Part shown: positions 47,183 through 56,674 of the stretch, one piece after another | How the letters are laid out: every line of letters starts with the position of its first letter | Numbering within the stretch: position 1 is the stretch's first letter | IMG/VR virus record: IMGVR_UViG_3300018089_000001 | Coordinates: 1 to 64,000 of that record | Reading direction: 5' to 3' (one strand) | From: a virus | Taxonomy: Duplodnaviria; Caudoviricetes | Length of the DNA: 64,000 nt | Translations under genes and position numbers: made by a program | The notes under the pieces: model-generated | What the model saw: only the letters and a program-made list of their open reading frames with translations | Told to the model about the DNA's origin: nothing | The model's database searches: none

Positions 47183-48196
47183 TTAGGGCGATTGCTGCTC
47201 ACGCTTGTCCTTCTCGATCTTCTCGATGACGCGCCTGTCGCGGTGGTCGACCAGCATGGAGACCATCCATTCCAGGGTCGTCTGGTCCGCGTCCCTCTCG
47301 GGTGAGGAGAAGGCGGGGGGCCAGGAAACGTTCAAAGGGGCCAGGGGGTTGCCGACTGACTGCCGACACGCCGGCTCGTACTGTGTCGCCAGCCACTCCA
47401 TCTGGTCCCACGTCACGGGGAGCATCGGAGCGGGCCAGGGGTGTTCCTCATTGGCCACCTCCCCCGCCATCCCCCAGTGTGTGTCATAGAGGTGGAGGGA
47501 GCCCGCCGTGTGATGGTAGGACCCCACGTCGTCCACCGGCACGCCGCGGCGACGCAGTTCCAGCATGAAGAGCTCCTGCAAGCAGGTGAAGCTGAAGACG
47601 TCGTAGGGCAGACCCCAGACGACGTCGTTGCTCCTCATCACCACGTGCATGTGGAGGTGGCGGTCCCTGATCAGGAGCTGTATCGAGAGGGTGCAGGGGA
47701 CGTCCTTGGAGCCCTGGACGACGGTCCGCCGGAGGTCCTCGGGCTCATTGATGTGCATGACGGCGCGGCGGCTGGCCGGATCGGCCGTCAGCTCGGCGAG
47801 GACCTGATCGAACTGGCCCTCCCCCTCCGTGAAGGAGGGGGAACCCGGTGGACCGAACCAGCGACCCCTGAACAGGCGGTTGCCGTAGGCGGAGTTGATG
47901 GTCAGCCCATCGTCGGAGAACTGGGCCATGCGCTTGTTGTAGTAGCGCATCGTCTCCAGGTCCGTGTCGCCCCGGAGGTACCAGCACAGCTCCCCGACGG
48001 CGAAGCCGTAGTTGACGGCCCGAGCGGGACTCGTGATGAGCCTGTTCCGGGGATCCGTCAGGGTGAACGTCGGAGCCACGAGCTCCCGGATCAGCTTGCC
48101 GCGGGGAGCGGACTCGAAGTCGAAGGACCACCGCAGGTCACCCATCAGGTCGCGGTGGATCTCCTCCAACGAGGAGCGGGTGATGTTGAGGGTCAT
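47183..48196 (-). CDS. thymidylate-synthase homologue, predicted dCMP hydroxymethylase/hydroxylase
   Basis: ELCWYL.G, SAYG.R, SRRAV, DVPCT, MRSNDVVWGLPYD, HTAGSLHLY. Confidence 0.85.
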   Translation of the reverse strand: MTLNITRSSLEEIHRDLMGDLRWSFDFESAPRGKLIRELVAPTFTLTDPRNRLITSPARAVNYGFAVGELCWYLRGDTDLETMRYYNKRMAQFSDDGLTINSAYGNRLFRGRWFGPPGSPSFTEGEGQFDQVLAELTADPASRRAVMHINEPEDLRRTVVQGSKDVPCTLSIQLLIRDRHLHMHVVMRSNDVVWGLPYDVFSFTCLQELFMLELRRRGVPVDDVGSYHHTAGSLHLYDTHWGMAGEVANEEHPWPAPMLPVTWDQMEWLATQYEPACRQSVGNPLAPLNVSWPPAFSSPERDADQTTLEWMVSMLVDHRDRRVIEKIEKDKREQQSP

Positions 48197-48488
48197 CCCG
48201 CGTCCCACATCCGCACGTATGTGTCGCAGGCCTGACAGACGAGGTCCGCTTCGTGCCACATCATGTCGTAGTTCTCCATGCGAAGCTCCGTACCTCCACA
48301 CTCCGGACACGTGTTGTCATGCTTGCGGGCAGCGGTGAAGGCCTGCTCGTAGGTCGGATGGTCCCACGCCTGGGAGTGATCAAGGCCCTCAGCGACCAAG
48401 CGAGCCTCGATGCCTTTGAGGGAGGCCCAGAGCTCACGACTCCTCTCGATGTAACGGGCCCTTGCCTCAGTCGAGGGTTGACGGTAAC

Positions 48489-49373
48489 TCATCCGAACGC
48501 TCCTCCGATCAGGCCGCGAAGTGTGGCGTCGATGCCTCCTGGCATCCTAAAACCGGCGGCCTTCGCGTGGCCGCCGCCGCCGTAGAGGCCCGCGATGACG
48601 CTGCAGTCGATACCGTTGGGGCGTGAACGGAGACTGACCATACCGCCCATGAGATCGAGGATGACGGCCACGTCGACCAGTGGTCGGGTGTCCAGGATCC
48701 TGTTGGCCGTGTCGTTCTTCCAGTCCTGGGGGCACGCGGCGGCGGCCGCGACGATGCGCCCAGTCGGTTCGGGTAACCAGATCTCGCTCTGGACGGCGGC
48801 GCGCGCCGCCCGCTCCGCGTAGACTGACCTGACCGCCTCGGCGCCGGCCGCCCGGGCCGCCATGGCGGGGTCGTTGATGATCCCGGCCTCATGCTCGAGG
48901 AGGACGTCGAGGAACTGCTCCTGCGTGTACGTCGCCGCGAGGTCCGCGAGTCGCCGACCGACCGGATTCTCGAAGCGACCCAGGTCGTAGTCCCTCATGC
49001 CCCCGATGAAGGCCTCTGTGTCATCGTCGAGGTTGCGTAGGGCGAGCCTGTTGGCCATCAGCGACGTCCCGCACTCCCCCATGTCGAACTCACAGCGTGG
49101 GTCCCTCCCGTGGACCCGCTGGGAGCTCACGTGGTGGTCGAAGACCCAGAAGGGTCGTCCGGCCGCCGGGTCACTGAGGTCCTGCGGACAGCAGTCCACG
49201 TACCAGACCTCCTCGACGGGACCCGGGACGTCGTCCCCGGACAGCTGCAACCCCGAGGGATTCCTGAACAAGACAAGATCCCTACTCCCGCCTGCCCAGA
49301 GGTACATCAGCGCCGACCCGGTGCCGTCGAGACACCCCCTGTGGGTCACCAACAGCGTGCGGTTGAGACTCAC
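48489..49373 (-). CDS. DHH/DHHA1 phosphoesterase
   Basis: H..CLDG, FDHH, SLRS, GGGGHAKAAGF. Confidence 0.9.
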   Translation of the reverse strand: MSLNRTLLVTHRGCLDGTGSALMYLWAGGSRDLVLFRNPSGLQLSGDDVPGPVEEVWYVDCCPQDLSDPAAGRPFWVFDHHVSSQRVHGRDPRCEFDMGECGTSLMANRLALRNLDDDTEAFIGGMRDYDLGRFENPVGRRLADLAATYTQEQFLDVLLEHEAGIINDPAMAARAAGAEAVRSVYAERAARAAVQSEIWLPEPTGRIVAAAAACPQDWKNDTANRILDTRPLVDVAVILDLMGGMVSLRSRPNGIDCSVIAGLYGGGGHAKAAGFRMPGGIDATLRGLIGGAFG

Positions 49374-49864
49374 AGGCCCATCGCGATGTTGATCGCGCTC
49401 CATAGGTCCACGCACGTCGAGTCGCTGGGGTCATGCAACGCATGCCTGAAGTCGGGGTACTCACGGAGGTACATCTTGAAGGACGCGCCTCCGTGCCTGA
49501 CGTTGGCCAGGCGGTCAGCCAGCTTCAGCCGGACCGCGCGCGGACCAGCCGCCCGAATCTTCGGATAGGTCAGGGCGTTGCGGACCCTCCTGTTGAGGCC
49601 CTCTTCCGAGGTGACGGCCCCCACCAGCGCCGCCACGTCCTCCCCGAAGTTCTCCTCGACGTCCCGGAGCTTGACGTCCGTGTCCTCCACGATGTCGTGG
49701 AGCCATGCGGCGGTGAGGTCGACGTAGTCCGCCACCCCGAACTCCAGGAGAATCCGCTCGACGTCCTGGAGGTGATGCGTGTACGGGACGTTCCCGTACA
49801 GCTGCCCCTTCCGAATGACGTGATGGAGCGTGGCGTAGGCCTTAGCGGCCGACAGCGCGTCCAC
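49370..49864 (-). CDS. HD-domain SpoT/Mesh1-like small alarmone hydrolase
   Basis: PYTHHL, AAWLHDIVEDT, KLADRLAN. Confidence 0.85.
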   Translation of the reverse strand: MDALSAAKAYATLHHVIRKGQLYGNVPYTHHLQDVERILLEFGVADYVDLTAAWLHDIVEDTDVKLRDVEENFGEDVAALVGAVTSEEGLNRRVRNALTYPKIRAAGPRAVRLKLADRLANVRHGGASFKMYLREYPDFRHALHDPSDSTCVDLWSAINIAMGL

Positions 49865-50152
49865 GGATCAGTACCTCGTCTTCTCGACGAAGCCCTTCCT
49901 GGGTATACGCCAGGAATACCTGGCGATGATTCGGCCCTCCTCGGGGAGCTGCTTGAGGGTGAAGCCGCCATCGCGGCTGCTCTCCATGGGGAAGCGCTCC
50001 ACGGCTTCCTCGAGTGCCCTCAGGGCCTTATCGAGGTCCGTGTAATAGCAGTCATTACTCGCGACCGCCAGCATATCGGGCTGGGGCTGACAGATGCTCG
50101 AGATGTTGTGACCGCTGTTGTTCAGTATGACGTACCGCATGCCCACATCATA

Positions 50153-50626
50153 TCACCTGCCGCCCTTGATGACAGCTCCGGGAGATATGAATATGCCGAG
50201 ACGAGCAGCGTTGTCGAGCGCACCGGGGCGGGCCACACACGCCCTCTCATCGAGGCATCGGCCGAAGCCGACGGGACCCTTCTGCGTGTCGACGACGCTT
50301 CCGCACAGGGCGCACGGGGCCGGTTTGAGCAGGGTGCTGTGGTGCAGCATCCCGGGCCTCGCGAGACGCTCGAACTTCCCCGCGACGGAGTCGTTGACCC
50401 GGCGCCAGTCGATCACTCCGAGACGGGAGAGGAGGTCAGCCACGGCGAGGATGTCAGTGATCTCGTCCTCGAGGGACGTCTTATTGTCGATCCCGCTGTA
50501 CGGGCTGACGCTGCTCACGCCGTGCCGGAGGATCTTTCCGACCCGCTGGACCACCTCGCCGCACTCCTCCGCGAGGATCGCCAGTAGCTCCGCGACCTCG
50601 GGGTCCAATCGATTGTAGTGCTCCAC
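50153..50626 (-). CDS. MazG-like NTP pyrophosphohydrolase
   Basis: LAEECGEVVQ..GKILRHG...LEDEITD. Confidence 0.75.
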   Translation of the reverse strand: MEHYNRLDPEVAELLAILAEECGEVVQRVGKILRHGVSSVSPYSGIDNKTSLEDEITDILAVADLLSRLGVIDWRRVNDSVAGKFERLARPGMLHHSTLLKPAPCALCGSVVDTQKGPVGFGRCLDERACVARPGALDNAARLGIFISPGAVIKGGR

Positions 50627-50637
50627 GGTGCCCTTTC

Positions 50638-52404
50638 TCAGACGTCACACTGGCCGCTTCGGCAGGCGTCGTTCCCGCCGGCCTGCGAGATTGACTGGAA
50701 GACGATCTCCTCCGCGCGCTCCCTGTCGAGGGGAGTCAGCGGCTGGTTCTCGCGGCTGCCGACCGGATACACGGTGACGCCCTTGAGGTCAGGGAGGAAC
50801 TCCATGAGCAGATCGGACAGCTCCTCACCGGTTGTCCCGGGCGGCAGATTGATGGTCTTGCTGACCGCGTTGTCGACGTGGCGCTGGCAGGTCCGCTGCA
50901 TCTCCAGGTGGTCACGCATGGAGAGGTCGTAGGCGTTCTGGAAGTTCTCCGTCGAGCGTCCCTCGGCCACGTACCGCTTGAACAGCGGGTCCGCGACCAC
51001 CTCCATGGCGATCTCCGCGCCCTTCCGGTACCTCCGCTCGTACGCCATCGCGAAGATCGACTCGATCCCGGAGCTGACCTCGCTCACCATCGAGATGGTC
51101 CCAGTCGGAGCGATCGTGTTGAGGGCGCAGTTGCGGATGCCGTTCCGCCTGATCCGCTCCCTAATCGACGGCTTGAGGGTCTTGGTGAACCCAGACTTGA
51201 GGAACTCGTCGGCCTTGAAGGCCGGGAACGGACCCTTCTCGATCGCCAGATCCACGGAGGCGTCGTACGACTCGTTCTTCAGGAACTTGAAGAGCTTGTC
51301 GACGAACTCGAGGCCCTCGACGGAGTTGTACTTCAGGCCCAGCTCGATGAGCATGTGATGCAGGCCCATGACGCCGAGTCCGATCCGGCGGAGCTGCGAG
51401 GTCTTGGCCTGCACCTCCGGAAGCGGGTAGCTGTTCACGGTCAGCACGTCGTCCAGGAACCTCACGCCGAGCCTGATGGTCTCGCGGAGGGCGTCCCAGT
51501 CGAGCTCCCGCCGGCCGGTGTGGGAGACGTGGTCGATCGTCCTGACGAACCTCGGCAGGACCAGGTGACCGAGACAGCAGCAGTCATACGGGGACATCCA
51601 GATCTCGCCGCACGGGTTGGTGCTGACGAGCGGCTCGACATACCAGATGTTCGACATCCGATTCGCGAGGTAGCCGTTCAGGAGACCCGGCTCGCCGCCC
51701 CTCAGGGCGTTCTCCACGATCCTATTCCAGATGTCCCGGGCCGGGATGGACCCAACCTGCTTCCCCCCGAACGTCAGGGGGAGGTCCCACCCAGCTCGGA
51801 CGTACTCGAACAGCAGCTCCGGGTCCTGATCGAGGACCACAGAGACGTTGGCGTTGTTGAGCTCGTGGAGGTCCAGCTTCTTGTCGAGGAACTCTACGAT
51901 GTCCGGGTGGGAGATCCGCAGGCACTGCATCAACGCGATGCGGCGGCCGCCGCCCGCTCCGATGACGTCGCCCACCGAGTTCTGGGCCACCATGAGGGAG
52001 ACGGCCCCCGTGGCCTCGCCGCCGGTCCCCACGATGAACGCGCCGCGCTGCCTGATCTCGCTGAAGTTAGCCCCGATGCCGCCGCCGGTTCCCGCGATGA
52101 CCACGGTGTCGTAGAGGGTCTTCCCCCATGCCTCGCGGCTGTCACCGGTCGGAATCACGAAGCAGTTCAGTAGCTGGCCCCTGGCCCTCCCGGAGCCATA
52201 CCAGATCCTACCGCCGGGCATGAAGAGGTTGTCCAGGAGGGCCTGCTTGAATGCCTCGAACCACCTGACGCGGGCCTCCCCCACCTCGGCAGCTGCCACG
52301 TGCCAGGAGACGCGCTTGCATGCATCGGCCCATGGCTCATCGGGGTACGCCGCATGGCGTGACGCGAAGATCTGTCGGGCGAAGCCCGTCGGCTCGTAGC
52401 TCAT
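50638..52404 (-). CDS. nrdJ: class II (AdoCbl) ribonucleotide reductase
   Basis: PGGRI, LLNCF, GEPG, TNPCGE, CCLG, RRIGLG, IAPTGTIS, AVSKTIN; C-terminal CxxxxC. Confidence 0.9.
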   Translation of the reverse strand: MSYEPTGFARQIFASRHAAYPDEPWADACKRVSWHVAAAEVGEARVRWFEAFKQALLDNLFMPGGRIWYGSGRARGQLLNCFVIPTGDSREAWGKTLYDTVVIAGTGGGIGANFSEIRQRGAFIVGTGGEATGAVSLMVAQNSVGDVIGAGGGRRIALMQCLRISHPDIVEFLDKKLDLHELNNANVSVVLDQDPELLFEYVRAGWDLPLTFGGKQVGSIPARDIWNRIVENALRGGEPGLLNGYLANRMSNIWYVEPLVSTNPCGEIWMSPYDCCCLGHLVLPRFVRTIDHVSHTGRRELDWDALRETIRLGVRFLDDVLTVNSYPLPEVQAKTSQLRRIGLGVMGLHHMLIELGLKYNSVEGLEFVDKLFKFLKNESYDASVDLAIEKGPFPAFKADEFLKSGFTKTLKPSIRERIRRNGIRNCALNTIAPTGTISMVSEVSSGIESIFAMAYERRYRKGAEIAMEVVADPLFKRYVAEGRSTENFQNAYDLSMRDHLEMQRTCQRHVDNAVSKTINLPPGTTGEELSDLLMEFLPDLKGVTVYPVGSRENQPLTPLDRERAEEIVFQSISQAGGNDACRSGQCDV

Positions 52405-53804
52405 CCGACCTCCGAAATGCGCTCCGCCTTCTCGACGGGCCTCCTGCTGAACTCCTTCAGGCGGTCGCCCAGGAACTTGCGCATGCCCTCCTCACCGGTG
52501 CTCTTGACGAGCATCGTGACCGCGTCGGCGTCGCTGTCCATCAGCGTCACGCGGACGCTCTCCCTCGTCTGGAGGAGGAACGGGAGGACGATCCCGTCGG
52601 GACCGAAGCGGCTCTTCGCGAGGAAGAGCCGGCCCGTCCCGTTCATCTTGTCCTCGGCGGTGCGGGAGATCGTGAAGATGCCGTCGCAGACCGTCGCCTT
52701 GGCGTAGGACTCCGCGATGGAGCTGATGGTGACGATCTCGAGATCGAGGCCGCCGCGGTTGGTCTGGTCCGCGGTGATGACGACGCAGTTGAGCTCCTGG
52801 CCGAGCCCCCGGAGGTTCTCGTAGTTACTCTCCAGCTCGTGCCGCTTCTCGCCGTAGCTCCGCACGGGCCGCAGGCAGTCCGCGTAGTCGATGACGATCG
52901 CGTCGGGCTTGAAGTTCTTCGTCGCGATCAGGCGCTGGACATGGGACCGGATGGTCTCGACCGTGGCCGTCTTCGTCGGCCACTCCTTGATGAGGAGCCG
53001 GCCCTTCATCCGCTCCTTGATCGAGGCCTTGACCCTGTCGACGTCCCTCGGGACGTCGTCGATCGCCACGCCGCCGAACCAGCTGTCGTGCCGGAGGCCG
53101 ATCTTGAAGTCCGACATCTCGAGCGTCACGTATAGGACGTTGAGGCCCTGGGCGGCCAGCGCGGCGCTGACGTTCACCAGGAACATCGACTTGCCGGCGC
53201 CCGTCGGGGCGATGAACGTGACGAGGGTCTTCCGCTCCCAGCCGCCGCCGAGGTACTTGTCCAGCGTCGGCCAGCCGGTCGAGATGGGCTCGCGGACCGC
53301 CTTGGCGACGCGGACGTCGATGTCCTCGCCGTAGTCGTGGCCGTGGTCGCGGGGTGAGCCGCGGTCGAGGGCCTCGCGGATCGTCCCGGCGATGCTGTCG
53401 TACTTCTTGTTCTCGACCTGCTCCAGGCACTTGCCGAGGGCGCTGATGAGCTGCTGCCTCTTGCAGAACTCCAGCGAGCTCTCCTGGATCCAGGCCCGGT
53501 CCCCGTTGAGCGGGACCTCGGTCATCCGCTTGACGAGGTCCGTGGCCATCGCCATGGCCGCCGGGTCGTCGTCCTGCTGTCTCAGCTGCAGCAGGGAGAC
53601 CTCCATGCCCGGGAACTCTCGGTACTTGGCCCGGTGGTCGAATAGCACGCGGGCCAACCCCCGGAGGTGGGCGTACGTGAAGTACTCCGGGCTGAAGACC
53701 TCGAACATGCTCTCGGCGTACGTCGGGTCCTCGAAAAGCGCTTGAAGTACGCGCTCCTGATATCCCCGCCCCAGCTCCTCGAACGACCTCACGGCTTCAC
53801 TCAC
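52401..53804 (-). CDS. DnaB/gp41-like replicative helicase
   Basis: APTGAGKS, YVTLEMS, VIDYAD, TADQTNR, AKSRFG; GTG start after GGAGG. Confidence 0.9.
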   Translation of the reverse strand: MSEAVRSFEELGRGYQERVLQALFEDPTYAESMFEVFSPEYFTYAHLRGLARVLFDHRAKYREFPGMEVSLLQLRQQDDDPAAMAMATDLVKRMTEVPLNGDRAWIQESSLEFCKRQQLISALGKCLEQVENKKYDSIAGTIREALDRGSPRDHGHDYGEDIDVRVAKAVREPISTGWPTLDKYLGGGWERKTLVTFIAPTGAGKSMFLVNVSAALAAQGLNVLYVTLEMSDFKIGLRHDSWFGGVAIDDVPRDVDRVKASIKERMKGRLLIKEWPTKTATVETIRSHVQRLIATKNFKPDAIVIDYADCLRPVRSYGEKRHELESNYENLRGLGQELNCVVITADQTNRGGLDLEIVTISSIAESYAKATVCDGIFTISRTAEDKMNGTGRLFLAKSRFGPDGIVLPFLLQTRESVRVTLMDSDADAVTMLVKSTGEEGMRKFLGDRLKEFSRRPVEKAERISEVG

Positions 53805-53819
53805 TCGCCACCCCTCCGC

Positions 53820-53843
53820 AAAAAAAGCCTCCGCGAGGAGGCC
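53820..53843 (-). terminator. intrinsic terminator
   Basis: GCCTCC-tcgc-GGAGGC-TTTTTTT on minus strand. Confidence 0.75.
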
Positions 53844-53874
53844 GATCATACGCTCAATCGGATCAACGAAACCG

Positions 53875-55005
53875 TCAGGACTCAGCGGGAGGGGTCTCGC
53901 CCTCAGGTAGTCCGCCAGTTCCTGCGGCCTCTCCGGTATCCACCGGGTCCGCAGCCTTCGTCTCAGCAAGCACCCTCCGCCGCCGGTGCACGAACTCCCG
54001 GAAGACGTTCACGAACCCGTCGCCCTTGAAGGCCACGCCGTCGCGGACGATCCGCACCCTGAACTCGACCTCCTTGCATCCGAGGTCGAGGCGCAGCGCC
54101 TCGCGGCCCTGCCGCGCAGCGGTCGCGCTCAGCATTGGGGCAGATAGGTCAACGAGAGTGAGATTCTCGAGGAAACGGGATTTCTCCGCCGCGAGGCGCT
54201 TTCCCAATGTCGGGCTAAGCTCGTGGTCGATCTTGTCCGTGATCGTAGCCGGTCCACACAGCTTCTGCGCCAGCTCCGGGAAGAGCTTGACGACGGTCCT
54301 GACGCCGAATCCCCGTATCCCCTCGATATTATCACTCTTGTCGCCGGTCAGCGCCTTCACCAACCTGAAGTTCTCCGGGAGCACGGCGTATTCTGAGATG
54401 AACGCCTCGCGGTCGTACATCTTCGCCTTCACGGGCGAGTACACCCGCACCTCAGACACACGCGGGGTGCATCTCTCGGAGCATCCGTCAGCGTGGTTCT
54501 CCTCGGAGCAGCCGCCGGACGCCTCGCGGACCAGCTGGAGCATGTCCTGATCCGTCGTGACGATGACGCAGCCGCCGGGGTGATTCATCTTACCCGCGAG
54601 GTAGGCGATGAGGTCGTCGGCCTCCACCCCGTCCGCCCGCACCTGCGGGACGCCGAGCATCGTGAGGTAGTCCTGGGCGACGTTCCGCTGACGACGCATG
54701 TTCTCCATGCGCTGCTCCGGCGTCTCCCCGAAGTCGTTCTCCTCCCTCTCGTTGAGGCGGACGGTCCGCCCGGCCTTGTAGGAGGAGAGGATGGACTTCC
54801 GACGCTGCGATCCCCCCTGTCCGTCCCAGACGACGAGGCAGTTCGAGGCCTGAAAGTCGTTGATGATCTTCCGCACCGAGACGACCATCCCGGTCGCCCC
54901 TCCCATCCGCTCCCCGTGCGAGTCCGTATAGGGGGAGCGCACGTAGTTGCGGATGAAAGCGTTATGCCCGTCGATGAGGACGAGCGGACCGGTTGACTTA
55001 CCCAT
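53875..55005 (-). CDS. 5'-3' exonuclease/flap endonuclease (T4 RNase H-like)
   Basis: LIDGHN, VWDG, YKAGR, EADD, DQDMLQL, GDKSDNIEGI.G.G. Confidence 0.92.
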   Translation of the reverse strand: MGKSTGPLVLIDGHNAFIRNYVRSPYTDSHGERMGGATGMVVSVRKIINDFQASNCLVVWDGQGGSQRRKSILSSYKAGRTVRLNEREENDFGETPEQRMENMRRQRNVAQDYLTMLGVPQVRADGVEADDLIAYLAGKMNHPGGCVIVTTDQDMLQLVREASGGCSEENHADGCSERCTPRVSEVRVYSPVKAKMYDREAFISEYAVLPENFRLVKALTGDKSDNIEGIRGFGVRTVVKLFPELAQKLCGPATITDKIDHELSPTLGKRLAAEKSRFLENLTLVDLSAPMLSATAARQGREALRLDLGCKEVEFRVRIVRDGVAFKGDGFVNVFREFVHRRRRVLAETKAADPVDTGEAAGTGGLPEGETPPAES

Positions 55006-55245
55006 CGGAATCCTCGGTTGCGGGAAACAGGGGCCCAGGGATCACCCCCCTGATCACAGGAAACACGACCGTCCTGAACTCGAAGGTCCCCTTCCCGGGG
55101 ACGAAGCGCGGCCCGTGGATGATGAGATCGGGACAAGGGTCGCAGTCGTCCCTGGGGTCGAAGCAGCTGAGGACATGGACCCTCTTGTTGTGGTCGGCCT
55201 CGCAGCGATACTGCCGATCACACCAACAGCGATGCAGGTGGGCCA

Positions 55246-55617
55246 TCAGCGCCGCCGGACCGTCACGTGTCGGAGCTCGACGCCCTGGATGATGTTGTCC
55301 TCACCCTCGGGGTTGTAGCTCAGCTCGAGGAAGGGGATCAGGCGCGCCTCGAGCCACACGATGTCGTACTCCTCAGTCACCTCGCCTTCGCTGTCGAGGA
55401 GCTTTAGGATCGCGTGTGTGCCGTCCAGGGGGAGCTCACTGAGGTCGGTGTTCTTGAGGGCGCGAAGCTGCACGGTCATCACGAGCCCGAAGTGTTCGCT
55501 CAGGCGGCAGGCGATCGCCTTCAAGCGGAAGGACTCGCAGCCGCTATTCTGGAAGACCCAGCGGAAGTTCCGTGCGGGATCGTACCTCTTCGTGAGGTTC
55601 TCTTCGTCGTCGGACAT
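55246..55617 (-). CDS. possible short tail-tube (gp19)-like protein
   Basis: YDPARNFRW...LKLLDSEGEVTEEY...LSY pattern. Confidence 0.35.
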   Translation of the reverse strand: MSDDEENLTKRYDPARNFRWVFQNSGCESFRLKAIACRLSEHFGLVMTVQLRALKNTDLSELPLDGTHAILKLLDSEGEVTEEYDIVWLEARLIPFLELSYNPEGEDNIIQGVELRHVTVRRR

Positions 55618-55899
55618 GTCACACCTTCTTGAAAAGCGGTTTCGTGTTGGGTCCGCGACCCTCAGTCCCTCTCGCTCAGAGCAACGACTCGAAAGTTTGA
55701 CAGCAACCTAACGAACTGCCTCATCTGCTCTGCGCTTCCGATGATGGCTTTCGAAAATGTCTGCATCTCCTCAGCGTTCGGAACGGACACCATTCCGAGG
55801 TTTCCGAGCTCTTCGAATACGTCAGCCATCTCAGCGAACCTGCTCAGGAGGAATCGATACTGCTGGCTTGCGTCCATCTCACACCTTCTTGAAGAGCGG
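55615..55899. repeat. 25-bp imperfect direct repeat (55615-55639, 55875-55899)
   Basis: catgtcacaccttcttgaaaagcgg vs catctcacaccttcttgaagagcgg, 23/25 identical. Confidence 0.85.
55662..55877 (-). CDS. low-GC inserted hypothetical protein
   Basis: MDASQQYRF...; lies between the direct repeats. Confidence 0.55.
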   Translation of the reverse strand: MDASQQYRFLLSRFAEMADVFEELGNLGMVSVPNAEEMQTFSKAIIGSAEQMRQFVRLLSNFRVVALSERD

Positions 55900-56475
55900 G
55901 CGGGGGTTCGGGCCGGGCGTGACCTGCCTCGACTCTGTCCCGTGGAACAGCGGTCTCGGGTTAAAGACCTTCCCCTGCACATGAGTGTCTTCCACCACCT
56001 TAGCTGAGAACATCCACTGTTGCCAGTATTTCCGATATGCGTCCGCACCAGCAAGAAACGGTTTAACCAGAGTCTGGTAGCACAGAATCGGATTCTTGAC
56101 AGCCTCTACGGGATCCATCCTCTTCAAGATATCACGGATCAGAGCATAAGGCGGGACTCCCTCGACGGGCCACTCGCCTTCGTCCACTGCCCTCTTCACC
56201 TTGGGGTCGAAGACGGCCCGGAGCGTCTGCACCTGGGCCGGGGTCAGCCTCTTCAGGTCGATGGCGTGGACCTGGTTATGGTAGTTTGGATGCAGCACGA
56301 GCACGTACTTGCTCGGGTCGCTGGGCGGCTCGGGCTTCGGTTGGACGACCTGGGTGGTCCGCAGGACCGTCCCGTCGGGCTGTCGCACGTTCTGGAACAC
56401 CCGCCGGGGCCTCTTGGGGGGCTTCGCCGGCGGGCGGTAGGTGAACGTGATGAACTGGCCGGCCTCGAACCTCAC
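55879..56475 (-). CDS. hypothetical protein, weakly T4 gp2 end-protector-like
   Basis: GQFITFTY...DP...VLVL....HAIDL..L. Confidence 0.45.
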   Translation of the reverse strand: MRFEAGQFITFTYRPPAKPPKRPRRVFQNVRQPDGTVLRTTQVVQPKPEPPSDPSKYVLVLHPNYHNQVHAIDLKRLTPAQVQTLRAVFDPKVKRAVDEGEWPVEGVPPYALIRDILKRMDPVEAVKNPILCYQTLVKPFLAGADAYRKYWQQWMFSAKVVEDTHVQGKVFNPRPLFHGTESRQVTPGPNPRPLFKKV

Positions 56476-56674
56476 GGTGCCTCCTCCGCCCAGAGGATGT
56501 GCTCCGCGTCACGCTCGACGCAGTAGCAGGGGCGGGCCGCGGCCAGCTGCGCCTGGGCGTCGCTATAGACGGGTCTGCCGTCCCTGTGCTCAACCCAGAT
56601 GAAGGCCGTCTCCCAGTCCGCCGGCGGGCACAGCCCCGTCTGTCGGTTGATCCTGAGCACCGTGAGCTTCCGAC

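Noticed and set aside
53805-53969. N-terminal extension of the helicase in the ORF track
   Set aside because: It overlaps the exonuclease gene and a terminator; GTG at 53804 with a GGAGG SD is the better start.
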